A DNA stretch of 63,750 nt, filler included, from Perkinsus chesapeaki ATCC PRA-425 (taxonomy: Eukaryota; Protista; Perkinsozoa), in assembly GCA_013115145.1 (NCBI GenBank). It is 8 parts of 8 records of this genome, joined end to end, with 100 filler letters (N's around TTAATTAATTAA, not from the genome) between each part and the next. Parts side by side here need not be neighbours in the genome. Positions count along the whole stretch, not along the records: positions 1 to 20,672 come from JAAPAO010000614.1; positions 20,773 to 41,884 come from JAAPAO010000601.1; 6 more parts are not named here. The stretch is one strand, 5' to 3'. Positions 9,959 through 21,390 of this stretch are shown here, one piece after another. Position 1 is the first letter of the stretch. Each line of letters starts with the position of its first letter. The notes beneath the pieces were generated by a model that was given only the letters and a program-made list of their open reading frames with translations, made no database searches and was not told the origin of the DNA. A program made the translations under genes and the position numbers.

Positions 9959-11330
9959 GTGTATTTGACAAAGCTATTTTCAGCTCCTCCGAAGGAGCTT
10001 CCGCCAGTAGTAGTTTATCCTCCCAATACCATCTTCTGGTACAAGAGCCCCGACCTTAGTGCGAAGTTGGAAATACCTGCCACGGTGCCCCTCACGGACA
10101 CACTGACAGATGCGGCGATACGAGCTAGGATTTGGCAACAAGTAGTTGTTAGGAGAGCTCCTGATTTCCCCTTTCACTGTCTGGCTAGGTTTCCGAAGAA
10201 TCTGCTTTATGGAGCGAATACGTTCCCCATATGAGCACGTTGATGCAGCTGGGCTCGACACTCCTACCGTTCCTGTCCCGTCGAGGGAACGGATGACCAT
10301 TTAATGCACTTACTTAGACTTATGTGGTGTTAAGTGTGAATCTGACGGGTTGGTGTGGGACGAAAGTTTCTGAATGCCCGGATCTCCCAGGAGCAACGAT
10401 GAGGAATCTTTCCTATTGCGCATGCCGGAGGTCGGCAATCCCTTCGACGATGACCTCCCCTCCTCTCCGAGGTCGTGTTGGGCTCGAGGAGAGCCTTCAG
10501 GCGTCGGGTCTTGTGTGGATCTGAAGACATCTCATAGTAGCTGTTGCCGTTGCAATAGCATCGATGGTATTACTGCATTCCATTGCTGCCCTGTTTGCGA
10601 GGTAGGTCGGCGGCCCTTCCCATGGGATGGCAATTGAAAGCTGCTCCAGGCCTTGCTGTGCTCGAGATGCCTGCTGGCTCTGGAGGTGCATCACGGAAGT
10701 GATAAGCTGGCTTGCCCAGTGTGTGGCGATGCGACGACTGCCCGCCTATCGATGACACGCCACGCCGCCATTCTGAAGGCTGCTGAAGGTGCCCAGGTCA
10801 GCAGCCTCCTTCGGGAATTCATAACCCTACTGCAAATCGTGTCGATCTTGTTGTGGTTCAGAGGGCTTGGTCTATGGTATCGGCAGCGTCTAAGGGTATT
10901 GCAGTGGATGTTAGGAAAGCTTGGTCCGGCCTATTTGGCCACGGGAACGTGGAAGGAGCGACAGCGGCAGCCTCCCTGCCACCTGGTAGGCGCAATGAGG
11001 GAAAATACGATACACATAAGGTCACCTGAGCACACTTTGAAAAGTGTATCACATCGCATGATTGTCTGTGAAGTACTTCAGTAGTCTCCTTTGGTCACTT
11101 TTTAACGCAACGAATACTCCTCACTTGCACTTTCCAAACTACACGGGAGGGGGCTTGTTGCAATGTTCGCGGAACTTTCCGATTCCCAACTTGGCAACCG
11201 TGCATATATTTCCTATTTACTCATTCGACGAACTCTTAATCGAGTATCACAGCAGCGGTGGTGCTGCTTACGAGTATCCTCTTCAGTTGGTAGCGAGAAG
11301 CCTCCAGAGACGGATGATTGGTACCATGTA
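9959..11330 (+). CDS. Hypothetical multi-exon protein with Cys-rich zinc-finger-like segment (bounds approximate)
   Basis: Spliced segment CCRC...HCCPVCE|ALLCSRC...H....LACPVC around 10540-10730 resembles a RING/PHD-type finger. Confidence 0.4.
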
Positions 11331-11551
11331 TCGTACGACATGTCTAAAAGTTGACTATTAGTTTTCACTAAGCCGAAATGAGTCGTGTTGGCGAAATTAC
11401 TGGGAATGGTAAGCGCTTTATAATTTCATAACCGGTAGTGTCCAGCTCCAGACCGTGTAGGTTTATCACTCATTTGAGACATAGGTAGACTAGCAGTACA
11501 ACAGAATCGTATGGATTCGGTTCTGTGTCAGGGAGAATTTCAGTGAATGTC

Positions 11552-14254
11552 ATGGGGGTTTTAGTGGGAACCCGATCCCCTACTTCATCTCTTCGGTCGG
11601 TGCTGCTGACCCGAACTTTCACGGCAAGTTCTGCGGCGAAGCACCCACAAGTGAAGAGCGGTGGTGATGATGCTACAGGTCCAGAGGTTGCCTACCAGGA
11701 CGCTGCGCATTTCGCTGGCTATAAGGTGCAAGCCGTAGTCGGTATGTCTATCACAATATTTTAGGTCTTCGATTTGCCTGGGCCGTGACCTCTGGATTAT
11801 CACCCTGACACGCCGCTCAAAGGGGCTCGTGTCGCGTTCGAGACCTGGGGTCAGCTTAACGACCGGAGAGATAATGCAGTTTTATTACACACTGGACTCA
11901 GCGCTAGCTCGCATGCAAGGAGTACATCTTCAAAGACAGTAAGACCATCAGTGTGTTCACCAGGCACTGCTTCAATACCTGCGGAAGGGTGGTGGGAGAG
12001 CTTCATTGGCCCGGGGCATGCACTTGATACCGATAAGTATTTTATTATTTGCACGAATGTGAGGTGCATTTTGCTAACACGACATACTCCTACTCCAGGT
12101 TCTGGGGAGCTGCTTTGGTTCGACTGGTCCCTCCTCGATGAATCCAGATACAGGCCGACCGTATGGTGGGGACTTCCCAGTTATCACCATTTTCGATATG
12201 GTACGGATGCAAGTCGAGCTGCTGCGGCAGCATTTTGGCATAGGTAGCGTTCACCCGATGCTCGGCTATATTAGTTGTTATGGAAGTTGCTTGTGCACTA
12301 TACAACACTTGAGATCGTATATTTTGGTCGCTACCTAGACTAGGTCGCTCATTGCAAAATGTTGGACAAAGGCTTAAAAATACCCATGGCGGCCATGGCA
12401 TACACTAGCGGTGAACATGGGCTGGTTTAGCTGTACGAAGATGACACCCTTGAGCCTCAGAGTCTGAGCCACATGATCGATGTTCCCGAGAGAGATCTGA
12501 GTCAGTGATCGTGTCAGTGTAATACATGATGACGTACAGTCCAACAGGGGAGAATTTGAGAAGTTCAAATCCCCTGTCGGACAGTACATTAATAATCTAC
12601 ATATCGAAGAAAGCTCTAGAGAAAACTGGTAGTTTCTTCCTGTACGGGACCGGTAGTGTCGATAGAAATACTGCAGTTCGGGTGAGGATAAGGCGCAGTA
12701 ACCAGGAGAGCGACGACTTGTACAGTACAACTGCATGCTCGTGCTGGATCATTTCGCCAGCACGTTACTTGTTACTTTACTGTCGTGTAGTGGAGGGAAA
12801 GCTCAACTCAGAATGACCTGTGTATCGAGATAATTCGCCTACCCAGGCTGACTTGCTCAGATTGGCAGTGCTAGTCTACGGACTTGGTAGTTCGGAGGCA
12901 CGTACTAGTAGTACTGTTCCTTTCTTGACAAGACATCCTTGTTATTGTGCTCTCTGTTAGATAAACTCCATAGTAGTGTCGGTAGCTCCATGGGAGGTAT
13001 GCAGACCTTGGCACTATGTACCCAGTATCCAGGCATAGCGGAGCGAGCGGTGGTAAGCTTCACCGTGGTTATTGTATTGGGCCATGATTCTACTGTATAT
13101 CTACTATAAGGCCCGCCGTGTTTCATCAAACACTTCCTGTACTTTAACTCGTATTCTCAGCTCGTGGTTCAGTTCTATGCTAACTGGACTGTAGTACTAG
13201 TGTTCCTGCGCGACTAAGGTGTGGTGCGCGCTGGTGTTTGTAGAACCTTCTAAGCCTGTTCGTTCGGATTCGTTGCGTGAATTTTGCCCAGGTGATCTCC
13301 AGCTGTGCTAGCAGCAGTCCTCACTCCATTGCACTGAGGCATGCTCAGCGGCAAGCTTTGGTGTCTGATCCTAACTGGCAGGGAGGGAATTACTACGACA
13401 CGGAGCATTTCCCAGAGAAAGGCCTCCGATTAGCGAGAGAGATCGCTACTATGACGTAGGCTTCCGGTATGACTTAGAGGTGCGTGAAAACTTCTTTCTA
13501 GGTATCGCAGTGGGCCCGAGTGGGATTCGCGATTTGGTCGGGAGAAGTCCTCAGCGGCATCAAAAGTCGAAAAACGGCGCTTGATGCTGGACGATCCTGT
13601 GTTCAGCATTGAAGACTACATAAGGCACCAGGGGAAGAAGTGGATTGGCAAATACGACCCTAACAGCCTCTTGTATCTCTCTAAAGTAGAACTGCCACTC
13701 ATTACGACGTTGCACTCGAGCTGCAGGCTATGGATATGTTCACGGTTGCCCCGGAGGGTGGCACGCTAGCCGAGGGTTTAAGACCGATGGTTGACGTACC
13801 GACGCTGGTGATTGGAGTTAAGAGTGATATTCTGTTCCCAGTAAGAACTCCCAAACAACAGCTACATGGCGCGAATCTGGGCTTTCCTCGTCCTGCTGCA
13901 TTCGACTTTGTGTTCCGTTGAATGGAATCCGTTCTCAGGTTTGGCAACAAAGGGTCCTGGCTGACGCATTGAAAGAGGCAGGGAATGAGGATGTCATTTA
14001 TTACGAGTTGAATGCAATGTAAATCTTGAGCTTAGCTCAATGAGCTATATTACAATAATATCTTATATTGGTCCATTAATCTCCTTGACAGAAAGAGCAA
14101 GGAGTCCTTGCTCTTTCTGAAGAGGAACACCCCACGCCTGGGCTAAGCCATTTCAGTATGTCATTTTTATCTGTTCAGATTCGGGCATGATACCTTCTTG
14201 GTCGACAAGACTAATGTTGCTCCAGCAGTGAAAGGCCATCTAGAGTTCCACTAA
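11552..14254 (+). CDS. MetX-family alpha/beta-hydrolase acyltransferase, Cys2-type (serine O-succinyl/acetyltransferase-like), probable mitochondrial presequence; ~8 exons
   Basis: [47 protein letters not shown], nucleophile motif GSSMGGM, catalytic D (SDILFP) and H (GHDTFL). Arg/Ser-rich N-terminus. An in-frame TGA at 11786 in the best splice model. Confidence 0.9.
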
Positions 14255-15627
14255 CTTTGTGATACGATCGTTTCCACATTTAATAGTATGCGTTTCACCC
14301 ATTTCCTCTTTGAACTGAGTTGCTCATGAATGCATATATTGCAGTTGTTTGGTAATGGAAGTCCGGGCCGTCCCAGACAAGAATGGATGTCTCGGATTTA
14401 GGAAGTAGCAACACGCCTCAACTTAGTACAGCTACGGCCTGTTCAGGTGTTTTGAAATGAGTTGCTCGCCAGGCAAGCCTCAGGTGCCTCCGGATCGAAA
14501 CGGGCAGCCTTCGATCCCTCCAGCGTCAGGGTCGAAGGAATCACCGTAAGTTGGTTTCCTCTGGATTTCACGACCGTGATTAAGACGCCCGTGTTATTCG
14601 CAGGTCGTCGCAATCGACCTCCAGCCGGGAAGCGGCCAAAGCCGAGCTGACGATGGATGTGCCACGTCCACCTTTTGTGTAGGAGATATATTATTGTCCC
14701 CCTGTGATGGCGCCACAGAACCGCACGGCATCGTTCGCAGTCGGCGCATGATTTGCTATCGTATTCGCGGAGAGCTGTGGTTCCAGCGGTTTCTGTCAGT
14801 CAGAAGAATCCGTACGTTGGATATTTCCTAAAGCATGGCCGAGATAGGGAGATAGAGGTTGGTCGCTCATACCAGCTTCATCAGTCGACACTGCTCAGAT
14901 ACCTTCATCTATAAAGTCACCAACTAATCTTTCTACTGCGGCGGTTGAAGCCGCAATGCGTTTTGTGAGCTGGATGCGTTCAGTGAGTTAAATGGGCCCG
15001 TGTTTCTCCATCTTGGAGGTCCGCAGGTTCCATCGGGTATGCCATCTTCCGAGATGTCTAGAGTCCATCATCGAGTACACAATCGACGGCAACATGCTCA
15101 GACGGTGGCCATGTGAGAATACAGTGGAGCCTACCACCTTTCTTTCGGACAAGATATCATTTCTTAGATCGAGAAAGCGTAGTTCAATATCACGGCCCAG
15201 GAATGTCAGCTACGCGACTGCTGCAAAGGAGATTTACGCCGTCGATTCGTACGTAAACGGGTAGGGGACCCATATCTCGAACCAGCCCTACAGGAAGCCC
15301 TGCTCTTAGGAGACTCCCGTCGGACGCGGTGCCGCCAGCCTTCCGCAGTAGTCTTCGATTTTCGCACCTCACTGGTTACTAGAAGCTCCTGCTGGTCGCA
15401 TTATGCGCTTGTTCGCGCGCAGTGGATACTTCGTGGCTAAGCGTGACCTTTGAAGCATCCGCTGGCGAAGTAAGCGCCGCTCACGTTAGTGATTAAGGAA
15501 AATATTATTAATATTTACTTTTCTTAAACATTGGAATCACTTGTGCAAGTGTCACCAATTCGTCAACGAAATGTGCAGGGCGTTGCGCCGGGGGCGGTCC
15601 GACTAACAGTGGATGACTCCTGTCCCG

Positions 15628-17487
15628 TTACTGGCTTAACACGAGGACACACTTGTAGCTGAGATGAGAGATGAATAGAGGAATCGTCCAAGACGAAGGT
15701 TGCCACTCATACCAATGTGCAAGGCCTAATGAGTTTTTTATTGCCCTCCTACACGCAAGGTAGGTGAGTACAGAACTGTCTACTTGACTATTTGTGCGGG
15801 CAATGACTTCTAAGACTATTGTGTCCTGACACAATATGATTAACTATATCAGGGCAGCCCCTTTACAAAATAAGATGGCTATAGGACGGAGGGAGATAAG
15901 AGTATAGGGTACACTAACATGTCTCACTTGCAGAATAGACACATTAAGTTTTCTAATATATCTATGAAAGGCCTCTCACGAGTTCGGCCATTTGACGTCG
16001 AGTCTGCCTTGTACACGTGAAAGATTTCCAGCCAATCGATGCCTCTATGATAATAGGTCGGAGGGTTATCGACGACCATATTGAACAGCCTGCTGCAACC
16101 CCAACCATTTCCTTGTATCCCACTCTGGGCAACCGAGTCAATGAATCCCTTGTGAAATGGTGCCGCTGGCGTTTTGATCCAGCTGAATTGCACATTCTTC
16201 TGTGAACGGTCACCAATCGCTGTTGTTACTTCGAGGTCAAATTGACTCAGATCATTCCTGGGACATGAAAAGATGCATATAGGGTCCAATGGGCCTGGCA
16301 TATATTATGGGCAGAGTGACAGCTTACTAGTATTTCATAGTGCCCTGTACTAAGATGAGGTTGATAACACTGTGCCTAGTGAGGTACGGGGGAAAACAGC
16401 GCACCCATTCTGCCTGTGGTGAATCGGCTTGTACTCCTTAATCAGTCTCCCCTCATAAGTTTTATCCTCATCCGTGGCAATACGCTGTCTGAATATCGAC
16501 TGGATAATCTTTGAACCGCTCTGAAGGATGCCCATTTCCCATTTATCATCTTTGGCGTAACGGCACAGTCTTTGCAAACCATTACCGTGTACTTCAACTG
16601 CCCCAGACAACTGAGCAGTTAGCCAGGTTTCCTACCGGGTTGGTAGCACAGTCATTACTTGGTGTGCGATCAACATATCCTCTATCTCTGCAAGGCGCTG
16701 AAGTACTGGGTTATCCGCAAGCAGCCGAGTCAACGTTTCCTGCTCCTGGGCAAAACAAGAGCCTAATATGCATTGGAATCATTTTAGTTACCTGACCATT
16801 ACTCGGCACACCCAAGGCTGGTAGCCTTGGGTGTGCCTTGGTTCTGCTGGCCGGCCCACCGCGGCCAGCAGAACTACCCAAGTACAGACGAGAGCCAGTA
16901 GTGAGGGATATGGAAAGATATTAAGGACTATCAGAGAAGTAACGGTGGAAGGGATCACTTAGTGGCATAAGATAGTTGTTCTTTGATGCAACACCGTATT
17001 CTCTCTTTGTAACAAAGACTTTGTCGTTAACCCGACAGTCAATCAGGCTGACTCCACTAAACCCACGTAAAGCGGCTTTACTAAAGCCTCGATAGGGAGT
17101 GATCGTTGTGCGAACGGTAATACTGTGCTCTAAGTGATCCAAGTTGCGTGTTCCTCAAGGAACGACGCAGTGGGCGTCACAAGGAAACGTGTAGTGCAGA
17201 GATGATTCTGCTTCATCTCGGAAGCTTCGCAGCTTGAGGGGAGTTGCCGTGTCTCACCCAAAGACTCTCAGGCGCCCTCCGCTAGAGTTTATCAAGTGGC
17301 CTCCCAAGAATTCCGACATCAGCTCTTCAAACAACTGAAGGTCCTGGGTTGAAGGACGACCACTCGACGAGTGGCACTCGTAGAGCAGGGCCACTAATCG
17401 GCTAAAGAGTTAATTCTTGCGCTACATAAGAGCCGTGTGAGAAGACCGTAATCAAGAAGAAGCCCTTCGCTGCACGTGTGTCACCAT
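15628..17487 (-). CDS. Hypothetical multi-exon protein (bounds approximate)
   Basis: Minus-strand ORF pieces can be joined by GT-AG introns, e.g. EQETLTRLLADNPVLQRLAEIEDMLIAHQ | 48-nt intron | LSGAVEVHGN. Confidence 0.4.
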
Positions 17488-17789
17488 AGCTTCATGCCGC
17501 ATGAATGAACCATGCTTCAACCATCTAAAGTGTCGAATTCACACTCGACACGTACGGGCACCCAAACGGGTGATTTTTTGAAACTTCATCAACGCCGGGA
17601 GGTTCAAGCACCAATCGAAAGTGCATGCCATCCGGATTACAACGGTGTCTGGGATGATGTCAGATTCGATCAGGTTGCGGAGAAATGCGAGATTAACATT
17701 CGATAATTTACGTTGGGCCGCCAGAAATTTTCTAAAATTCTATTTTCTCAGGGGATAGGGCCCGTGCGCAGTTGAATCGTATACCAATG

Positions 17790-19328
17790 GAAAGAGCAAC
17801 GAATTTCTGATCCAGTGCTACCATTTCATCCTCAGACTCGATCGACATCACATTCAGATCGGCGCTGGACATTTTTTTTGACCAGACTGTAAATTGATCT
17901 AGAACGCATCAGCTCGGAAAGGAGAACAACGTTGCCACAACAGTTTCATTAATCGGATTCTCGCTGGCAGAGTATCTTGGATATATAACTATCTGTGCAA
18001 CTTCTAGAACCATCCTCAGGAGCTGAAGCCCGCGACATTGCAACTCAATTACAACACCCAATTCGTGAACAACGGGTGGATATCTCGCAGCGCGCTAGGG
18101 CGAGCGCTCCACCAAACTCGACAGTGAGTCTGTCCTAGTCCAGAACACAGTAGCACTCCTCGAATTGTATTCGCTTTACTGGAAGACTTTACTCGTCCTG
18201 ATTACAGAGTAAAGGGTGGCAACCAAAACCTCTGGAATGTCCGTAGAGCCGAATACTCAAGAGCTACATCAGATAATGTGAGATGCGCAGAGTATGTGAT
18301 CAACTGGAGCATACAGCCAGTAATCAACTTGAGACCAACATCCCGACTCATGCTGAATACTCTCACGTATGTACACAGAATATAGGACGTTGAGGCGTCG
18401 CATTACGTTAGCAGGTCACACGCTGCTCTGCAGAGTCCAGCGGGAGAAGCGGGAATGCTACACTCATCGAAAAATGTATGATGGAGCTCTCGCCTAGTCT
18501 CTTTTATTCTGGGGGAGCAAGAAGAAGACATTTAGAGAGATTGCAGCTTGAACACAGCCTGCATGCATTGGCTATCAGGCACGTCGTATCTCCGGAGGAC
18601 CCTGCATAGGCTCCTCGGATGAAGTATCACCATGCTTCATCGGAGGCTGGCGTTTTTGGCACCTAATAAACGACCAGGGCCTGTATTTACAGCCCCGTGA
18701 GTATCTCCCAGCCCTTCGAGATAGCACATTCATTGCAGGACTATCAGTCTATCAGTCTAATAATAGTATTAGACCTCCTGAAGTATTCTGTTTTCGACTG
18801 TTCGAGTGACTTGTGTTCAGTTGGTACCACCAACTTGGTGGTGGAATACGTGCGAGTTTCCGCCAGTACATGGCAAGCAAGGAGTTCCAGACTGCTCTCG
18901 ATGCCTTGGGGCTAATGATGCTCACCGAACTTGGAAAGGTCAACGCAAAGCTTGACATGGTTATTGGGCGAGTAGACCGACTCTGCCATCAATTCGGAGC
19001 ACAAGGTGTCCACTGGCCGAAGAGAGAGATTATTGTTGAGGCTTCACTCGTGGATGACGATGATGACAGCTCGACAGGCACACCCCAGAAGAATACTCAG
19101 GCCAATGAGGAATCTTTAAGGGAGATTAGCAGAGAAGCTAACAGTGAAAGCGACAAATGCAGCGAAACGTCGAATAGGCGCACTGACAGCAACGCGGTGA
19201 TCGGGTCTAAGATCCTAGAAACCAGTGAGCACACCAACGACAACGGAAACCCTCTACGAAACTCGATCGACGAAGTTCGGACGAAATCGGTAGGGAATGC
19301 GTTGGACCGGCAAAGTGAGTTAACATGA
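17790..19328 (+). mobile_element. Possible degenerate hAT-like transposase remnant
   Basis: Stop/frameshift-riddled coding-like stretch with faint hAT-like motifs (EYLGYIT; GAEARDIATQLQ resembling HTGENIA..L; SIRPPEVFCFRLF resembling the C-terminal dimerisation motif). No TIRs found. Confidence 0.3.
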
Positions 19329-20672
19329 ATCGTCACTGGCGATTCGGCAGGTGTGCTGGTCATCAGGTGAGGGTCTCTGTTACATGCGATCGTTCTTAGG
19401 ACCACCAACTAGTCGGCAGACAATCACTTCAACACCAGTAATTAATAGGGCTTTTATTGCTGCAACAACAGGACGAAAACGACGGCGAAGCGAGGCTGTA
19501 GGCGCACCATGACGCAGTACTGTTTAAACTAGTATAACCTTCAGTTTGGTTTCTGAGATTCTAAAATTTAATAGTTTCTTAATCGCGTGCATTATCTGCA
19601 GTCGGTTTTTACTTTAGTTTTGGCACTGTAGACTCAGGCGATAATAGATTAGTAGAGTAGCATTACCTATGTAATATTGGGAACCACGACGTCTCCTAGT
19701 GGGTTGCTTCCAATGTGCGTTCCTTCAACTCAATTGCATTGCACAACTATATCTTCGCGATAAACCTTCGTCGTTCGGAATCTTGTGGGCGACTTGGGGC
19801 TGCTTGTTATCGACATTCGTAGGCCTCTCAGGTAGATTACTTTGTTGATATCGAAATAAGAGTCCAAACTGAACACAAGGCATACAAGACTCAGGTATGC
19901 TCGAGATATGTGACAAGGCAAGGCGTGAAAGTTCGTTAGGTTAATCTATTCCGCAAAGGACGTCTGATGACGCAGCTAATGAAGTTACTAAGCAGAGAAC
20001 CTCATCTTAAAGAAGCGGTATCGAATCGACATCCGTGGAGCGTCTACGGTCACCTCAACGGGTCCGATATCGAGCTCGATCCAGAAGTCCCGGCCGAGAC
20101 GGCGAGTGTCCACGAATACCTTATCGTCCGATTGACAGCGCCCAACTCCGCTAGTACTAAGGTGGCCTAAGTTCCCCATCCTTTCCTGGGCTCCGTTATG
20201 CATGCCACTTCCTGATTTATTAGTAGTATATTAGCCTACAATTTAGTTTCATGTTTGGTTAACAGGCAATCGATTATAAAGTCTATGATGGCATCCATTG
20301 TGGGCAATAAAAGTAACGGCGTCTGTCCCAGAAACACTCCATGAGTCTCGGGAGAAAGATACCGTACTTCTCGCGAAGAACTTCATGAACTAGAGCGATG
20401 TGTAGCCATTATCGCATCATAACACTTCGGAGTGAAACTTGATTATTGAAGTCATCGGATTACACTCGAAATAAGCTGACGAGTATCCTCGAATGATGGC
20501 CCTCTTTACCCTAATTCTCATCCACCACGAATTTCCAGTGAGTTTTCTTTCACAGCTCCCCGTGACGACTATGTTAGTTCATAGATGCTTTGCACTATAT
20601 TACCCGGCCTTTCCTCCCTGGCGGTGGGGCGCGGGCCGGAGGCCGCCGTAGCGACCTCGGCAAATGGGCCGA

Positions 20673-20772
20673 NNNNNNNNNNNNNNNNNNNNNNNNNNNN
20701 NNNNNNNNNNNNNNNNTTAATTAATTAANNNNNNNNNNNNNNNNNNNNNNNNNNNNNNNNNNNNNNNNNNNN
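20673..20772. other. Assembly linker (N-run with TTAATTAATTAA); same linker at 41885-41984, 44131-44230, 50571-50670, 57544-57643, 59334-59433, 61069-61168
   Basis: Identical 100-nt spacer with six-frame stops occurs seven times. Confidence 0.98.

Positions 20773-20842
<70 letters not shown>
20773..20842. repeat. Poly-C run at contig start (probable artefact)
   Basis: 70 consecutive C adjacent to a linker. Confidence 0.8.
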
Positions 20843-20844
<2 letters not shown>

Positions 20845-21390
20845 GTGGGTTCATCCACACAATCACTCTGGAGCGCTGACTATCATCGTAGTCGAAATCC
20901 TGGTGTTTGCCAGGGACACCGTTGATGGCTGTAGCTGGTGGGTTGATGATTGGATGGAAAAGTGGAGTGCTGGGGTGAGGAAGGAGGCATTGGATCGTCT
21001 TAGACGAAGGGAAGAGCTCCGGGAGGAAGGGTAGGCGACTAAGGCAGATCTCAGTGTACATAGTCGCCCTATTCAAGGCTTTCAAGATCTGCCACTCCAT
21101 CTGTCGGATCGGGGACCGACCCACCGAGCTACCGCAGGCCCCTAGTTCAACAGGTTGGAGCTTCCTTTCGGGACAATAAGCGATTATCTGGTCTTCAGGT
21201 CCTTCCATTTCAGAGATCGAAGTTCCACAGTCTGCTTCCACCGGAGCTTATCAGGCGGTCGAATAGAGTAACCCATGTTAAAGAGAGGGACGAGCATGCT
21301 TTTGCACCTTAATGAAGGCTTATCTTTGGCGGGAAGTTGTGTTGAAGTGTCCCCTTAATGGCGACAGCGGTAGTTCTGTTTTAGTTAGTA

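Noticed and set aside
12746-12755. GGATCATTTC, resembling U3 box A
   Set aside because: No correctly ordered A', C', B, C and D boxes; it sits inside an unrelated hairpin.
20717-20842. Poly-Gly ORF tail and the TTAATTAATTAA palindrome
   Set aside because: Artefacts of the poly-C run and the assembly linker.
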